Positions 1 to 12,725 of a DNA stretch of 34,617 nucleotides are shown in pieces. The stretch covers positions 1 through 34,617 of the forward strand of contig JAPEUG010000170.1 in assembly GCA_026025795.1 (NCBI GenBank), in the 5' to 3' direction. Below the pieces are notes generated by a model. It did not search any database and was not told the origin of the DNA. It was given only the letters and a program-made list of their open reading frames with translations. Each line of letters starts with the position of its first letter. Positions within the stretch are counted from its first letter, which is position 1. The position numbers and the translations under genes are program-made. Source of the stretch: Thelocarpon superellum. Lineage: Eukaryota.

Positions 1-1652
1 AATGCATTGACATGTAGTCAACATCGATGGAACGGTCGCCAAATCATCCACGAGCCATCGGCGATCGTAATGGATTCGGCTGAGATGTGCTACGGGCATC
101 AATGGAAAGACGCTCGCCCCGTGCACCCCGAATTTGGGCAGCCGGAGGAGTGAGGCGACACTGTTTGGGGAGATTGTTGGTAGAATGGGGCGTCCTTTGG
201 CACGTGCCGTCATAGCGCTGCACTGTGCTGGATCCATGGCTCACGCTGTACGGAACAGGGAGCGTTTGGATGCTTCCGGTCGGCATGGGACAGGAAGAGC
301 AGCGTGAGCCGACGACTCTTGCGAATGCCTGCGGAGTAGGAAGGGCAGTCCCAAGACCAAAGTCTTCCTCCGCCCAGGCCGGCCCGTCACCAGACGAGGC
401 GTCGGAGTGATGGTGGTGGAGCTGCGCGTGGTCTAACCTGAGGAGGAAGACGAGCGGTCGCGGACCCGTCTAGGAAGGAGGCCGGGCACCACCTGCTCAC
501 TACCGTGTCTCGAGGCATCCGTGGGTGCGGTGGGAGGGTACAACAGTACTGGCCGGCGGGTCGGAAACATGGGCACTACGGATAGATTGCGGGGTGCTTT
601 CGACTGGGACATACCTCGCATCATGATCAGACTCTCAGGCCCTCTTCCCAGGGCGTGGTGTCCGTGGTCGGATGGAGGGTCCAGGGCCGGGCATGTCAGA
701 TGCCAGGCACCATTGTTCGCCGCATGTCAGTCCTTCGTCCTGGCTTGTGTGGCAAGCGACCGCCACAGACACCAAGCCTGCCGCCGTAGTGCCGGCCCCA
801 CAGACGTGGCGGCCCGGGGAGTGCGACGATCCCTGTAGACGGTAATGCTACCCAGCACGGCGCCATTGGCAATCACACGGAAATCACCCGGTCGCATCGA
901 CGTGCGGCGGCTCCGGCTGCCCTGCTGCCGAGCCTATGCCATCCTCCCCGGCGCGCTCTACATCACGCTGCCTGGTGGTTACGAGTACGCACGCGAGGAT
1001 CAACGTCAGACATCCTCATCCTCCTCCACCGCACGGCCCTCGCACGCTCCCCCGCATCACGGCTCAGATTCAGATGCTGATTCGGATTTGCACGAAGCGG
1101 CGGCCTGCCGCTGCGGGCCGCTCCTCCATAGCTCAGAGCGACCTCAAACCTCCACTGCCGGGTGTCTGCAGAGCAAGATGAGGGCCGGGGTGGGAGGGAG
1201 GGGAGTCCCATGATACGGGGCAACACGTGCGTTGGGCGATTCCTTCGCCAATGCCTGGCGAGGCAAGCGTCGCTTGCCTCCCATCGGCACATCGGAGCGG
1301 TGACACCGAAGCCAAAGCAGCGCTCATCCCCGTTCATGGCGCTAGAAGGATGCGCGAGCCCGACTAGGGATTTGATACCTGCCCATCATACATCCACTAG
1401 ACCGCAGACTTGGCTTCCCCGGACGATGTGGGGAGCAGGAAGAGGAAGAAGCGGAGGAAGCGGGGCGAGGAAAGGGACCCGCACGGCGCCATGGAGGCAG
1501 ACGCTCCTGCCTCGGACCCCAGCGTCCGGGCGTGCGCTCGCCCATTCATCCCTGCGGCCCTTGCGCCGTGCCTCTTGGCCCCTGGTCGCCTGCCTCTGCA
1601 CCCTTGTGTTCCTTCCGCATGGACGCGTCGCCTGGGCCGGCCTCCCCGATCT

Positions 1653-1658
1653 TATAAG
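1653..1658 (+). promoter_or_regulatory. TATA-like element upstream of sugar transporter
   Basis: TATAAG about 100 bp upstream of ATG 1753, within otherwise GC-rich, pyrimidine-rich sequence. Confidence 0.35.
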
Positions 1659-1752
1659 CTCGGTCCTTTCCCCGCAGCCCCAGACTTGACAGTTTTGAGA
1701 GCCCGGAGACTGTCTTCTTCGTGCAGGACTGGTTCCACCGGACATCGTCGTC

Positions 1753-3481
1753 ATGTATCAGATTGGCAATCTTTACTTCATCACGGCCATCGCCATCATC
1801 GGCGGTGGCCTGTTCGGCTTCGATATCTCGTCCATGTCGGCCATCATCGGCACGACACAATACAAGTGTTACTTCAACCAAGGTCCTTCTGGCCGTCCTT
1901 TTGACAATCAGCCCGACAGCGAGTGCTCCGGCCCGTCGGCCAACGTGCAGGGTGGCATCACGGCCGCGATGCCGGGTGGGTCCTTCGTGGGGGCGCTGCT
2001 CTCCGGGTACATCTCCGACCGTCTCGGGCGGAAACGGGCGATTCAGGTTGGAGCCGTGCTTTGGTAGGAAGACGAGGGAGCTCACTTGGCACGAATGCAA
2101 CTGACATGAACAGGTGCATCGGATCCATGGTCGTGTGCGCGTCTCAAAACATCGGCATGTTGATCACGGGACGGCTCATCAACGGATTGTCGGTGGGCAT
2201 CTGCTCGGCCCAAGTGCCCGTGTACCTGTCGGAGCTGGCACCCCCTAGCAAGCGTGGCCGACTGGTGGGATCTCAGCAATGGGCCATCACGTGGGGTATC
2301 ATGATCATGTTCTACATCTCCTTTGGCGCCAGCTACATCGACGGCACGGCGGCCTTCCGCATCCCTTGGGGCCTGCAGATGGTCCCTGCCATCCTGCTCT
2401 TCATCGGCCTGCTGTTCCTCCCGGAGTCGCCGCGCTGGCTCGCCCGCAAGGATCGTTGGGAGGAGTGCCATGACGTCCTCGCCCTGGTCCACGCGCACGG
2501 CGATCGAAGCAGCCCGTTTGTCATGCGCGAACTCCGGGACATCAAGGACATGTGCGAATTTGAGCGGAACAACGCCGACGTTACCTACGCGGAACTCTTC
2601 AAGCCCAACATGATCAACCGCACGCACATTGGCATCTTCATGCAGGTCTGGTCGCAACTGACGGGGATGAATGTGATGATGTATTACATCACGTATGTCT
2701 TTGGGATGGTGAGCTACTCTCCGATTGTTCCGCCAACCTCCACCTCTGACACCCCTCCCAGGCCGGTCTCTCCGGCAACGTAAACCTCGTCTCATCCTCG
2801 ATCCAGTACGTGATCAACGTGGTCATGACCGTGCCGGCCCTGCTTTACGTCGACCGCTGGGGCCGCCGGCCAACGCTCCTCATCGGCGCGGTCCTCATGC
2901 AGACGTGGATGTATGCCAACGCCGGACTACTCGCCACCTACGGGCACTACGCGGGGCCGGGCGGGCTCAACCACACGGCGGAAGAGAGCTGGGAGATCTC
3001 GGGCCCGGCCTCCAAGGCCGTCATCGCATGCACCTATCTCTTCGTCGCGTCGTATGCGCCCACGTGGGGGCCCGTGTCGTGGATCTACCCGCCCGAGCTG
3101 TTCCCGCTCCGCGTGCGAGGCAAGGCCGTGGCGCTCGCCACGTCGGCCAACTGGATCTTCAACTTTGCGCTGTCGTACTTTGTGCCGCCGGCCTTTGTCA
3201 ACGTGCAGTGGCGCACCTACATCATCTTCGGCGTCTTCCTGACCGCCATGACCGTCCACGTCTTCTTCGTCTTCCCCGAAACGGCAGGGAAGACGCTGGA
3301 GGAAGTCGAGGATCTCTTCATGAGCGGCACTCCCGCCTGGCGCACCGGCGTGTCGACGCGACAGGTCCTGGCGCTCGAGAAGGGCGAGATTCCGCTCGAC
3401 GCCGAAGAGAAGCGAACTAGCTTCGGCACAGCCCCTGAGATTCCCGCCCGCTCCTCTGAACGCGTCAACCGCGTCTTGTGA
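1753..3481 (+). CDS. HGT1: MFS sugar porter, high-affinity glucose transporter HGT1-like (541 aa); exons 1753-2063, 2114-2708, 2762-3481
   Basis: Motifs GGLFGFDISSMS, DRLGRK, GRLINGLSVG, YLSELAP, PESPRWL, QLTGMNVMMYY, VDRWGRR, ELFPLRVR, PETAGKTLEE. Introns 2064-2113 and 2709-2761 are GT..CTGAC..CAG; spliced length 1626 nt is in frame. Confidence 0.93.
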
Positions 3482-3492
3482 TCTCGTTCTCT

Positions 3493-3521
3493 CTTCTTCT
3501 CTTCTTCTTCTTCTTCTTCTT
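3493..3521 (+). repeat. (CTT)n microsatellite just after transporter stop codon
   Basis: Seven perfect CTT units at 3501-3521 plus imperfect upstream copies. Confidence 0.9.
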
Positions 3522-3970
3522 ACTTTTTCCCACTTCCCTCCTCCCCCTGCTTTCACTTCTCCGGTCTCCTTTGTTCAACCTACGTCCTTCATCATTGTAT
3601 TCGTTACTAGCATCAAGCATCAATTTGGCACCACCACAACCATTCGTTAATGGCGTGCATTGTCTGACATGCTACTACATTGTTGGCGGCAGGACGTCGA
3701 TGAATTCCAAACAGATATCGTACCCCAAGTCAAGGGAGTTGGTTAGAATGGAAAGTACGTTTTATCACGGATCAATGAACGAGAGGGCGGACCGGGACAG
3801 TGCAACTTCTATATATTTTGGGTGAGAAAAGCGTGGGCTAGATAGTTTAGCGTTGAGCAGTCCACAGCAGGAGGGAGCAGTGCGGAATCAAGCAGTTACG
3901 AAACGACGGAAACGAGTAGCAAAAGAGAAGGGAAAATAACAAACAGAGAGGTTGCCGCCCATCCATTCAC

Positions 3971-4019
3971 CAGCCAGTCATTCATTCATTCAGCCAGTCA
4001 GTCAGTCAGTCAGTCAGTC
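3971..4019 (+). repeat. Compound tetranucleotide microsatellite (CAGC/CATT/CAGT)n
   Basis: cagccagtcattcattcattcagccagtcagtcagtcagtcagtcagtc, between two convergent genes. Confidence 0.9.
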
Positions 4020-4596
4020 GGCAAGCCAGCCACGTCTCAAATAGGTAAGCCCATCCATCCACCGGGTCGATCCGTTTGGTCATCCGACTAGAAAAGGATG
4101 GATCCATCGCTCGACTGACTTGATCCTTTCCATGCCCTGATTCCCACGCTTTTCCATTCACTCCTCGCGAAGCCTGCGGACCTTTTCTTGTCAAAGACAG
4201 CCAGTGGGCAAGGGTAAGTATGGCTGCAGCCACGGCCAAAACCAAAGCCGAGGCCAAAGACAAAGATGAGCATAAATGTAGAACTAACAAGGACGAGCTG
4301 ACGAGGAGGGAGAGACCGTTCCATGTTGGTTGTGGTTTGCCGTGGTTCCACCTCGGGGTTTGAAATGTTCCTGTTTCCGCTTCCTACTCTTCATCGCCTT
4401 CTGAAGTTTATCCGCTCAGATACTTCAGATGAATGCCTGCTTGAGTCGGGGTGTGCCACCAAATATAACGCCTCATCCAAGCATACGCTTTTCGTGTCTC
4501 GCGTCGGAAGGAAATGAAACGTGGGGAAAAGGAGGAGAAAGGGGAGGAGGAATTTGTGATGTTTTCGCGACCATGGCCATCGTTTCGGTTGGACGT

Positions 4597-7500
4597 TCAT
4601 GGCAACGTCTCAGGCTGTGCGATTGCCAAAACAGACTTCTCCGCTCGAGTGGTCATGTGAATCGCGTGAGTCTCCAAGGCCTGGGCTTTGAGGTGGGTGA
4701 CTATCGCCCCCGTCAGCACAGCAACACGTCATCAACCATGCTTCTACTCTCACCTGGCCACACTCCCGCTCGATCGAGCATCCTCGCCGTGACTCGGAGG
4801 ATCCTTGGCGCGTATCCACCGTATTCACTCGGGTTGCCCACAGCTCGCCCTTGCAGATCCAGGTTGGTCTTGGCATCAGCGCGCTGGATGATCTGCGCAA
4901 TCTTGTCCAACAGTTTGCAGTCTTCCGCCTCAAGAAGGAAGACCGCGGGAACTTGGCCATAGTCGATCGGATCTTTGCCCAGCACTCCGATGAATCGCCC
5001 CACACGTTCTTGCAGCGTCGACACCCATTCCGCCAACACTTGTGCGCAGTCAAAGGCGCACATGGCGGACTGGAGGGGTAGTTCACGCGACGTGAAGTCC
5101 CCAAATGTCACGTTCAGCTTGTCGGAGATGGACATGGAATCGGCCGCATAGCAGGCTGCCTTGCGCAAATGACGCTCGCGCTTTGATTGCACGGCGACCG
5201 GGTCGTCATGTTCGACGAGTGATGGGAGAGGGTGGTGTGGCGTCGGCGTCTTGATCACTTCAAAGGCCGGTGACGGATAGGAGGCGGCGGGCGAGCTCGA
5301 CGAGCTGACGGTGTTGTAGGAGTCTGCCAGATCAGAGACCGAGCCGACGGAGCTTGGAGAATGCTCGACATGTTGTACCACGTCCGATCCCTGTGCAAGC
5401 TCGTGCGCCATGGCGTCGAAATCGCGCTGCCAAAACGCCTCTTTGGACCGACCCAGATTCACGAACAGGCGCACGTACGCAAGATCCAGTAAGGGGACGC
5501 AGTCCGCCGACAGACCCGATCTGCCAAACGGATTTGGCCGCTCCAGACTATGGTGCGGGTCGCTCGCCCATGCGGCTTGCCACGCCTTCAGGGCCGGTTC
5601 GATATGCGCATGCATCGCCTCTGTCTCGTGCGTGGTCCACTGCCGCCCTGCATGTCGTTGCCGTGTCTCCCACAGATAGTTGTGCAACGCGTTGATCAAG
5701 ACCAGGCACCCGAACGCGCTGGGCTTGAGCATGCTCTCCGGCAAATGGTCCGACGGCAAGCCAGCGGGTGGCATCGGTCGTTGGCTGGCCGAGAGCAAGC
5801 TACCTAGCGCATTCGAGAACGTCACCGCTTTTTGTTCCGCCAATCGGGCCCCGCCCAATCCCGACCACGCCTGAGCGCTCTGCGCCGACCAGACATCTTC
5901 GTCACACGGGAGATCCAAGAGGATCTCGGAGTTGGTCAGTGCTGGTGCCCGGTTATACGCCGCCACGAGCAGGCTCGAGAGGACGAAGATGGCGTAGAAG
6001 GTTCGCTTGCGTTCTTCGGCCGTCTTCCAGTTGACCCACTCGACGTGGTCGTCCGGCATATCAAAGGCCGCACCGAGGTGCCACGAATCCGACATGCCGT
6101 CGTCGCCCATATGGAGGTCCTCACTTCCCGCGCGGTGGCTGAACGGCGACATCTGGTAGAGCGGGTGACTTTGCGTCGTGGAACCGAAGGCCAGCGGTTG
6201 CGCCAATTCGGCGGCGCGTGCTAGACTCACCAACGCGGCACAGTGTGTGCTCGCACTGTCTTGGGCAACCTTGTCGCCGCAGTTGATGCCATAGATGACA
6301 TTCAATAGCATCGCTTGCACCAGCCACAATGGTGTGTTCTGAGCCGCGTTGTTCGCGGCCACGTCAGCCTTGCGGCTCTCCTCGAGATAGATCTGGAGTA
6401 GCTGCTTAGACGCCTCAAAGAGCTCCCTGGACGCTGCAGGCTCGAATTCGTACAGTGCGCCAATGGCAGACATCGCCAGAACCAGGCACCCACCACCTCC
6501 GGTGACCCCGGAAGCAGTGCCCGAAGGGGCCCGAGCACTGTGGATGTCACTCGTGAAGGCGGGCGAATCAAAGGAGAGCGTGGCCACGTGCAAGAACGGA
6601 AGATGCGGGTGAAAGTACTGAATGTAGGCAGCAACATAGCGTTGCAAGTCTTTCGTGCTGGGAAAGGCGGTTCTGGTGTTGAGGGGAGACGTGGCAAACC
6701 CAGGGGACAACGGGAGCATGTTCGCGGCGGCGGAGTACTTTTGATGATTGTGATGAAACTGTGACGGCTGCGAGAGGCTGGCTAGCAATGCCTGCCGCGT
6801 GGCGTCCGTGATGGATTCGCTCGATACCGACGTGATGGAGCTTTGCCGCGCGCTCCCGCTTACCGAGGCCGACGAAGTGCTCGGAGTATCCGGGTTGAGC
6901 ATAGGATGAGGATGGAACGGGTGATTTGCCATTCCTGGGACGCCAGAAGGTATGGGCGGAGGCGTCGCGAAGAAATGATCCGCAGGTTCCCGCCCATGAA
7001 GACTACGGGGCGACACGGTACCGGGTGGCGAGATCATCTCGGCAAAGGCGGACGTCGGCGGCTGGGGGGAGAAGGTGGTCGAGGGCACTGGCGCCGGTGG
7101 CATCATGGCGTCCGAGGACCACATGTTTCCTTGGCTCTGCGACGGGTTGTTGGATCCATCTAACATCACTTCGCTGAGCCCGCCCTGGCTCGCGGTGCTG
7201 ATGGCCGAGGGCGAGGATTCGCCCACGGCCTGCTCGTTCGCGCCCGAGAAAGATAGCTGATTGTCGAAACCGCTCATCCAGTCAAAGTTGTCGTCGTCCT
7301 CAAAGAGGGCTGAGCCGGCGGGCATCACGGGAAAGTTGTAAAAGGGTAGATTCGAATTGACCATGGCGAAAGTCTGTGCATCGTTGAAGTGGAGCTGTGC
7401 CGGATTGATGGTTGAATTAGGGCCGCCAAAGGACAGACTATCCATCTCGAATCCGGGAGCAAAGCCTCCAAACGGTGGCGCGGTTCGCAGACCACCACCT

Positions 7501-8258
7501 AGCTCGAGGCCCAAGGGTCCTTGCGTGTCCAGCTTGGTCAGACCGTTCATGGGGCCATGTCCCATGTCATTGGACATGCCACGGAAATCGAATCCGGACG
7601 AGCCAGGCAGGCCACTGAGGCTTGCGTGGTGACTGTGCATCGGGCCCATGTTGCCGCCTCGGCCGGTCGAGGCACTCCCGGCCGAGATCATGCCCAGGGT
7701 AGATCCATCCACGTGGCTGATCGTGTTGGCCCGTGGGCGCGTCATACTGGCACTGGTCGCAGGCGGGCGGCCGACGGTACTCCCGGCCACTGAGTTCTTC
7801 CTCACGCGGCCTGGTCCACTGGCCGCGACGCTGCCAGCGCTCTCCCGTCGCCCATTGCGCGGGCGAGAGGAGGGCGTCACGTTGATGTGAAGCTTCTGCT
7901 GGTGTCGCAAGAGTAGGTCGCGCCGGGCGAAACATCGTGTGCATTCGGGACACTCAAATGGCTTCTCTTTGGTGTGTGAGCGTTCATGACGCTTCAGATG
8001 TTCCAAGCGCGCGAACGACCTCGCACACGTGCCGCACACGTGTGGCCGGGGCTTGTCTGTCTTTGGCGGAGGAAATGTGGGATGAGGCGGCGGAGCGGCG
8101 GCGGAACCTTTCGGGTTGACGGGGCGAGCTGCACGACAGTCGTCTTAGCGCTGCACGTAGACATCTCTCTGGAACGATAGAGCACCTATCGTGCGAGCTA
8201 AGGGGCGCGACTAACCGTTGCCGTTATCGAGCACCGGACTCGACTGATCAGCAGCCAT
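4597..8258 (-). CDS. amdX: C2H2 zinc-finger transcription factor with fungal TF middle domain, AmdX/Adr1/Tda9-like (~1173 aa); exons 8258-8216, 8128-4754, 4700-4597; N-terminus uncertain
   Basis: [63 protein letters not shown] (two Adr1-type fingers); [26 protein letters not shown] fungal-TF motifs. Introns 8215-8129 (GTTAGT..CTAAG..CAG) and 4753-4701 (GTGAGA..CTGAC..TAG) restore the frame. Confidence 0.88.
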
Positions 8259-8575
8259 GTCAGGGGTAGGTGTTTGTGTCGTCGTACTCTCAACGGCCGC
8301 AGGTTTCGGAGCACCACCTGCTAGTGCTTGAATCTAGAGGCACGCAAGCAAGCTTAGCAGCGTGTCCATAGTTCTTCATATGGTGTAGATGCCTCATACA
8401 TGAGATAATGATGGCGATGCTGGCGAGGACCATTCGTTCCGGGAAGTCTTGCGGCCCCAGTCGGTAGCGCAAATAATATCCTGTCTCACCGGAAGACCAC
8501 CAATGTGCCCGGACGATCGTCCGATACGTTACCGTAGAGGAGAGGGGGCAGATGCTGTCTGTCTGGAACCGGTCC

Positions 8576-8594
8576 GCGGGGTATTTTGCCCCGC
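8576..8594. promoter_or_regulatory. Inverted pair of CreA/Mig1-type SYGGRG sites
   Basis: GCGGGG-tattttg-CCCCGC upstream of the amdX ATG. Confidence 0.4.
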
Positions 8595-11276
8595 AGTAAT
8601 CCACCTCTGTCACGCCACCGAGTTTGAGGTAGGGACCAGAACTGAATCCGTAGAACAATGGCAGCAATACCCACCACGTTGGCTCGTCGGTTGTTTCTCA
8701 CGGGTGCGTTGCAGGGAAGTAATGCTCTTGAGCCTGGCGGCACAGGTTCGCAAGAAACGAGGCCGGCGCTGCCGGTGGTTGCGAAGCCTGTGTCGACAGA
8801 GCTCTCGGGCGCTGTCGTTGACTGTACGCCACGAATTAACAATGATCCCGAGACAGCTTAGAACGGGATATGTATGGAGGATGGCAAAAGGCAGGACGGA
8901 GGACAATCGGAGGCGAGCCTACCGTCGAAGAACTACCTGACCAGGCCCGGATACTCGGACGCCACTGGAGATGAGCGAAATAGATTGCGAGGTCGTCACC
9001 AGGAAGCGCAATGGAAGAGGTAATGTCTCGTTGGAGCGCGGCTCCGGGTTCAGAGGAGTGGAGAAGAAAATCAGGGGAGCAACAAGATCCGGGTCGACGA
9101 GGAAGGATCCATGGGACGGAAAACTGGTGAAGGAGCGGGCGGAGGAATGGGACTCGGGCTGAGCGTCTGAAGTTGGACGTTCAAAACGTCTAGGGTGACG
9201 AAGGTCGCCGTTCCGCGCTGCGTAAAGCTCCTCCGTCCCACTAGCTACTTCCTACGAGTACAGCTGGTGGCTCTACGTACCGCACCGAGTCCTCCGTGCG
9301 GTCATGGTGACCAGCGCCCGATGCGTCGGCCGGCCAGTCATGCTACTAGCATTATTGCGGAGGGGGGTGTGGGTGTGGTGGGCTTGAGCCAAGGTGGTAC
9401 GGTATGGTGGCATGGTACCAAGCCCTCGTACCTCTGGAGGGACTGGGGTGCTGCGCGACTGGGGTCGTGGGACCGTCACTAGTTGCGTGCAAAGGTCCGG
9501 TGCACGGACGGCAAAGGGCTATACTCCCGTTTGCCTAGGTACGCCTAGGCGGGCACACCACACGGTAGGGCCGGGCGAGCCCAGTCAGCGAGGTCGCGGT
9601 ACTCGTGGTGGTGGTAGCCGGCGACAGCGGCGCCGGTCATGGAGTCGGGCCCAGGCCAGGGTCAAAAAGCAGGCTCATGTAGCGCAGCGCAGGACCATTG
9701 TCCTCGTCGCTGCAAGCGACGCTTCCCAGCCTACTCCCCTTTCCGAGCGCGCAGGCTCTCCGGCAGGAGTGCCGTCCTCCCAGACGCGGACACGGACGGC
9801 CACCGGGGCATCAGACGCCCAGACGACCCAGGAACTTCACGGCTGGGCTATGTCGGCAACGCGGCCGGCGATTGGCTGCGGCGCCGCCCTCTCGCTTGGC
9901 TGACGGGGTATCCTCGATGGCACAAACGATCGCCGCTAAGGCGGCGCAATAATGAGATGCCTCACCTCAACCTTACCATATGTTATGTTAGTGCTACTGG
10001 GCGAGACCGACGCACGAGTCGGTGCGAAGGAAGCACCTCGTACGAAGCAAAGATGGCATCACCCGACACGTTAGCATTTGGCAGGAGCCACCGCGTCGTA
10101 CGCATTCGTGATGACGAGGAACGCTCCGCCCCGGGACCTTCGCATTCTGATGGCGGCAGGGTGGTCGCCCAACACCGACCCGGCTGAATAGCAAAGGCGG
10201 CGGGGAGCGGCCGGCAGACAGCGGCTACCACTTCGTTTCCCGTCACCTGTGCTGCACCTTCGTGTATTTCTCGCGCTCGCACCACTACGAATGCTCGTAC
10301 GAGTACTCATGACGAGGCTGCGCCGAACGCCGAACGGGCGCAGTGGAGGACCTGTGGGGCGCTTCTCATGGGCACGAGTATTGTCTACCGCGGCGCTCCG
10401 ACGCTACGCATCCCTCGGCGATCTGACATGCCTGACCAGGACCCTGTCCCGGCGCAGGCCCAGTAAGTGCTGCAGGCGCTGCGGGCTCCACGAAACGCTC
10501 CCATGTGTCTCACTCGTTTCGTGCGCCACGCCGGCACATACTCGTCCGGGTGCGTCGCTCGGTCTGACCATGCCGGCCGTCTCGCAGACTGTGGTGGAAG
10601 GCTGACGCTGCTGGGCAATGCACACCAGGGCCAGCATCGCCGCCACCCATGATGCACGTGTGATAGAGTCCTCGGCATTCGCCGCCGCGCCCTCACCACG
10701 TCCGGACGATCAGAGTGACTTTTGCGGCAAAATCATGATTTCAGACTGCAGCGCCGCCGCTAGATCCCTGTCGGGCCGATGATGAGCGAAGTAGCTCATC
10801 ATCCGTGCTCGCGCCAGGGCCATGTCTCGTCTGAAGCGGGCGCTGAGAAAATTGGAGTGGTCACGCTGTCGCGCGATGCTACGCATAATGACCCTCGCCA
10901 CACTGAGTCCTGCCGCCAGCTGCACGTCGCATCAAGGTCTACCGTCATCGTACTACTCTCGCCGTGCGGATGCGACCCTCACCATTCATACCCTTCTCCC
11001 CTTTCCCACTCAGCTATCGTCGCCGTCGCAGCCGTCCACGACCGGCCGAGCTGAGCTTGCCGCCAATTCAACACCGAGATGGACGCGGCACCGACCTGTT
11101 AATCCCATTGGGACCGCCCAATGTGCCACTTGGGCTAGAGGCCAAGAACTCGACAGGCTTTGGCGGCATGTAGAAAATCGATCGTCATCATCGTGGCTCG
11201 CTGGCCAATCCGCGTACTTCTAGAGTCGGGCAGCTGCCGGCCTCCAACTGGCCGGAGCAGGGTCCGAGGATCCACC

Positions 11277-11693
11277 TTTTCCCCAGACTTTCCGGAGAGC
11301 GAGGGCACGTCGGCACGGGCAACAAAGAAGACTCAACGGTCGACGACGGGACTGTGGCTCCACCAGTCCAGCGCTGTGGCCGAATTGGGTCCTTACTCGT
11401 TAGCTTCCCCACCGCCGTCGACGATCAGATCTGGGCCGCCCGTTCCTCCAAGGGCAGGTCCACCAAGCCGGCCGTGGCGTGGTGAGCGACGACGGCAAGG
11501 ATGATCCAGGGTCCTGGATGCCGGATAAGCCAGGACCGACTAGGCCGTCATGGTGAGCGCCGGTACCCTCGGCGGCGTTCGATGATCTGGGGAAAACTAG
11601 AGGTGCGGTCCAATAAAGGGTCAAGGACGACGATCCCGACCGCAGCCGTCTCTCCGGAGACGCAAAAATGATGTGGAAGGCGCCTGGGGAAAA
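11277..11693. promoter_or_regulatory. Three exact CTGGGGAAAA copies (CreA-type core with A-tract)
   Basis: 11277-11286 (minus), 11587-11596 (plus), 11684-11693 (plus). Confidence 0.4.
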
Positions 11694-12725
11694 TCCGGGG
11701 TCATGCGGCTTGCGCCGACTAAGGAACGCGCCGGCTTGGCATGATGTGCAGGCAAGGTCCTCCACTTCGTGAAGGAAGGGGTTTTCAGGTGGCCCGGCGG
11801 AAAGCCACGGCGAGCCATCAGAGACCGTCGTAGACTAGCAATCGGTCACGAGCGGCCATGCGGAATGACGCCGAGAAAGGTGGGACAAGCCCAGGCCTTC
11901 GGTCCACTCTCCGTCCAGGGGCCCGCGATGACCGTCTTGCCACTGAAAAGCTTGCAGCGCGTCATTGTCCCATTGGTGCTTGATGAGACCAATCAGCGCT
12001 CGACTGACTCGGCGACTTTGTCGAGAGGTCGTCCCCGGCACCCAGGCCAAGGCCCCAGCTTGGCGAGGCCCGGCTTGTCCCACGTTGGATTGGGTCCCGA
12101 GGCGGCAGCGTCATCAGGCCGGTGTTGCCTGCCACGCAACGCCAGGGCTTCGCGACCGCTACATCCGTCAGCGCCTGATGGGTGAGAGAGTGTGTTTCCA
12201 CGCAGCGCTGAACGCATGCCACGGCCGGCTCTTCTGCCGTCGCTTCGGGGCCTGGTCAGGCCTCGGGTGCGCGTTTTGCCTAAACCCCTTCATGACTCGT
12301 GACTCGGGTATCGCCTGCCGGCAACGGTTGGTCTCGACTGCGGCACGATGCGCCCGGACAAATCAAGCCAGGGGCCTCTCAGTGCGCCGGACCCGTACAG
12401 GCTGTCAGCTCCGGCGATGAACCGACGCGCAAGCGAAACGACGAGGGAGCCAACCACGATCGGCGATGCCACACGCTCATGCCACCCGCTCATGCCACCT
12501 TCGCTGCCGTCCACCGCGTACGATCACACAATGCCGTGGGCTGACCCGGTGCAAATGCGAGTAGTCCCTCTGACATTACGTCGGCCCACCCACCGGCCGC
12601 GCATTTCCTCGGTCCAACCCAAAGTCTCCAACGAGCGCCCCGTGGCTGCAGACTGACGCCCATGGCCTGGCGTCGGCGGCGACCCATCGATTGTCCGGCT
12701 GGAACTAGCACGTCAGGTCGATCTG

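Noticed and set aside
1410..1904. ORF with NLS-like RKRKKRRKR
   Set aside because: Arises from a purine-rich promoter tract, has a non-ATG start and overlaps HGT1 out of frame
3478..3825. Hydrophobic poly-Phe/Leu ORF resembling a signal peptide
   Set aside because: Translation of the (CTT)n repeat and pyrimidine-rich 3' UTR
8334..8532. TPP riboswitch in the amdX leader intron
   Set aside because: Lacks the CUGAGA core and the downstream conserved TPP aptamer segments
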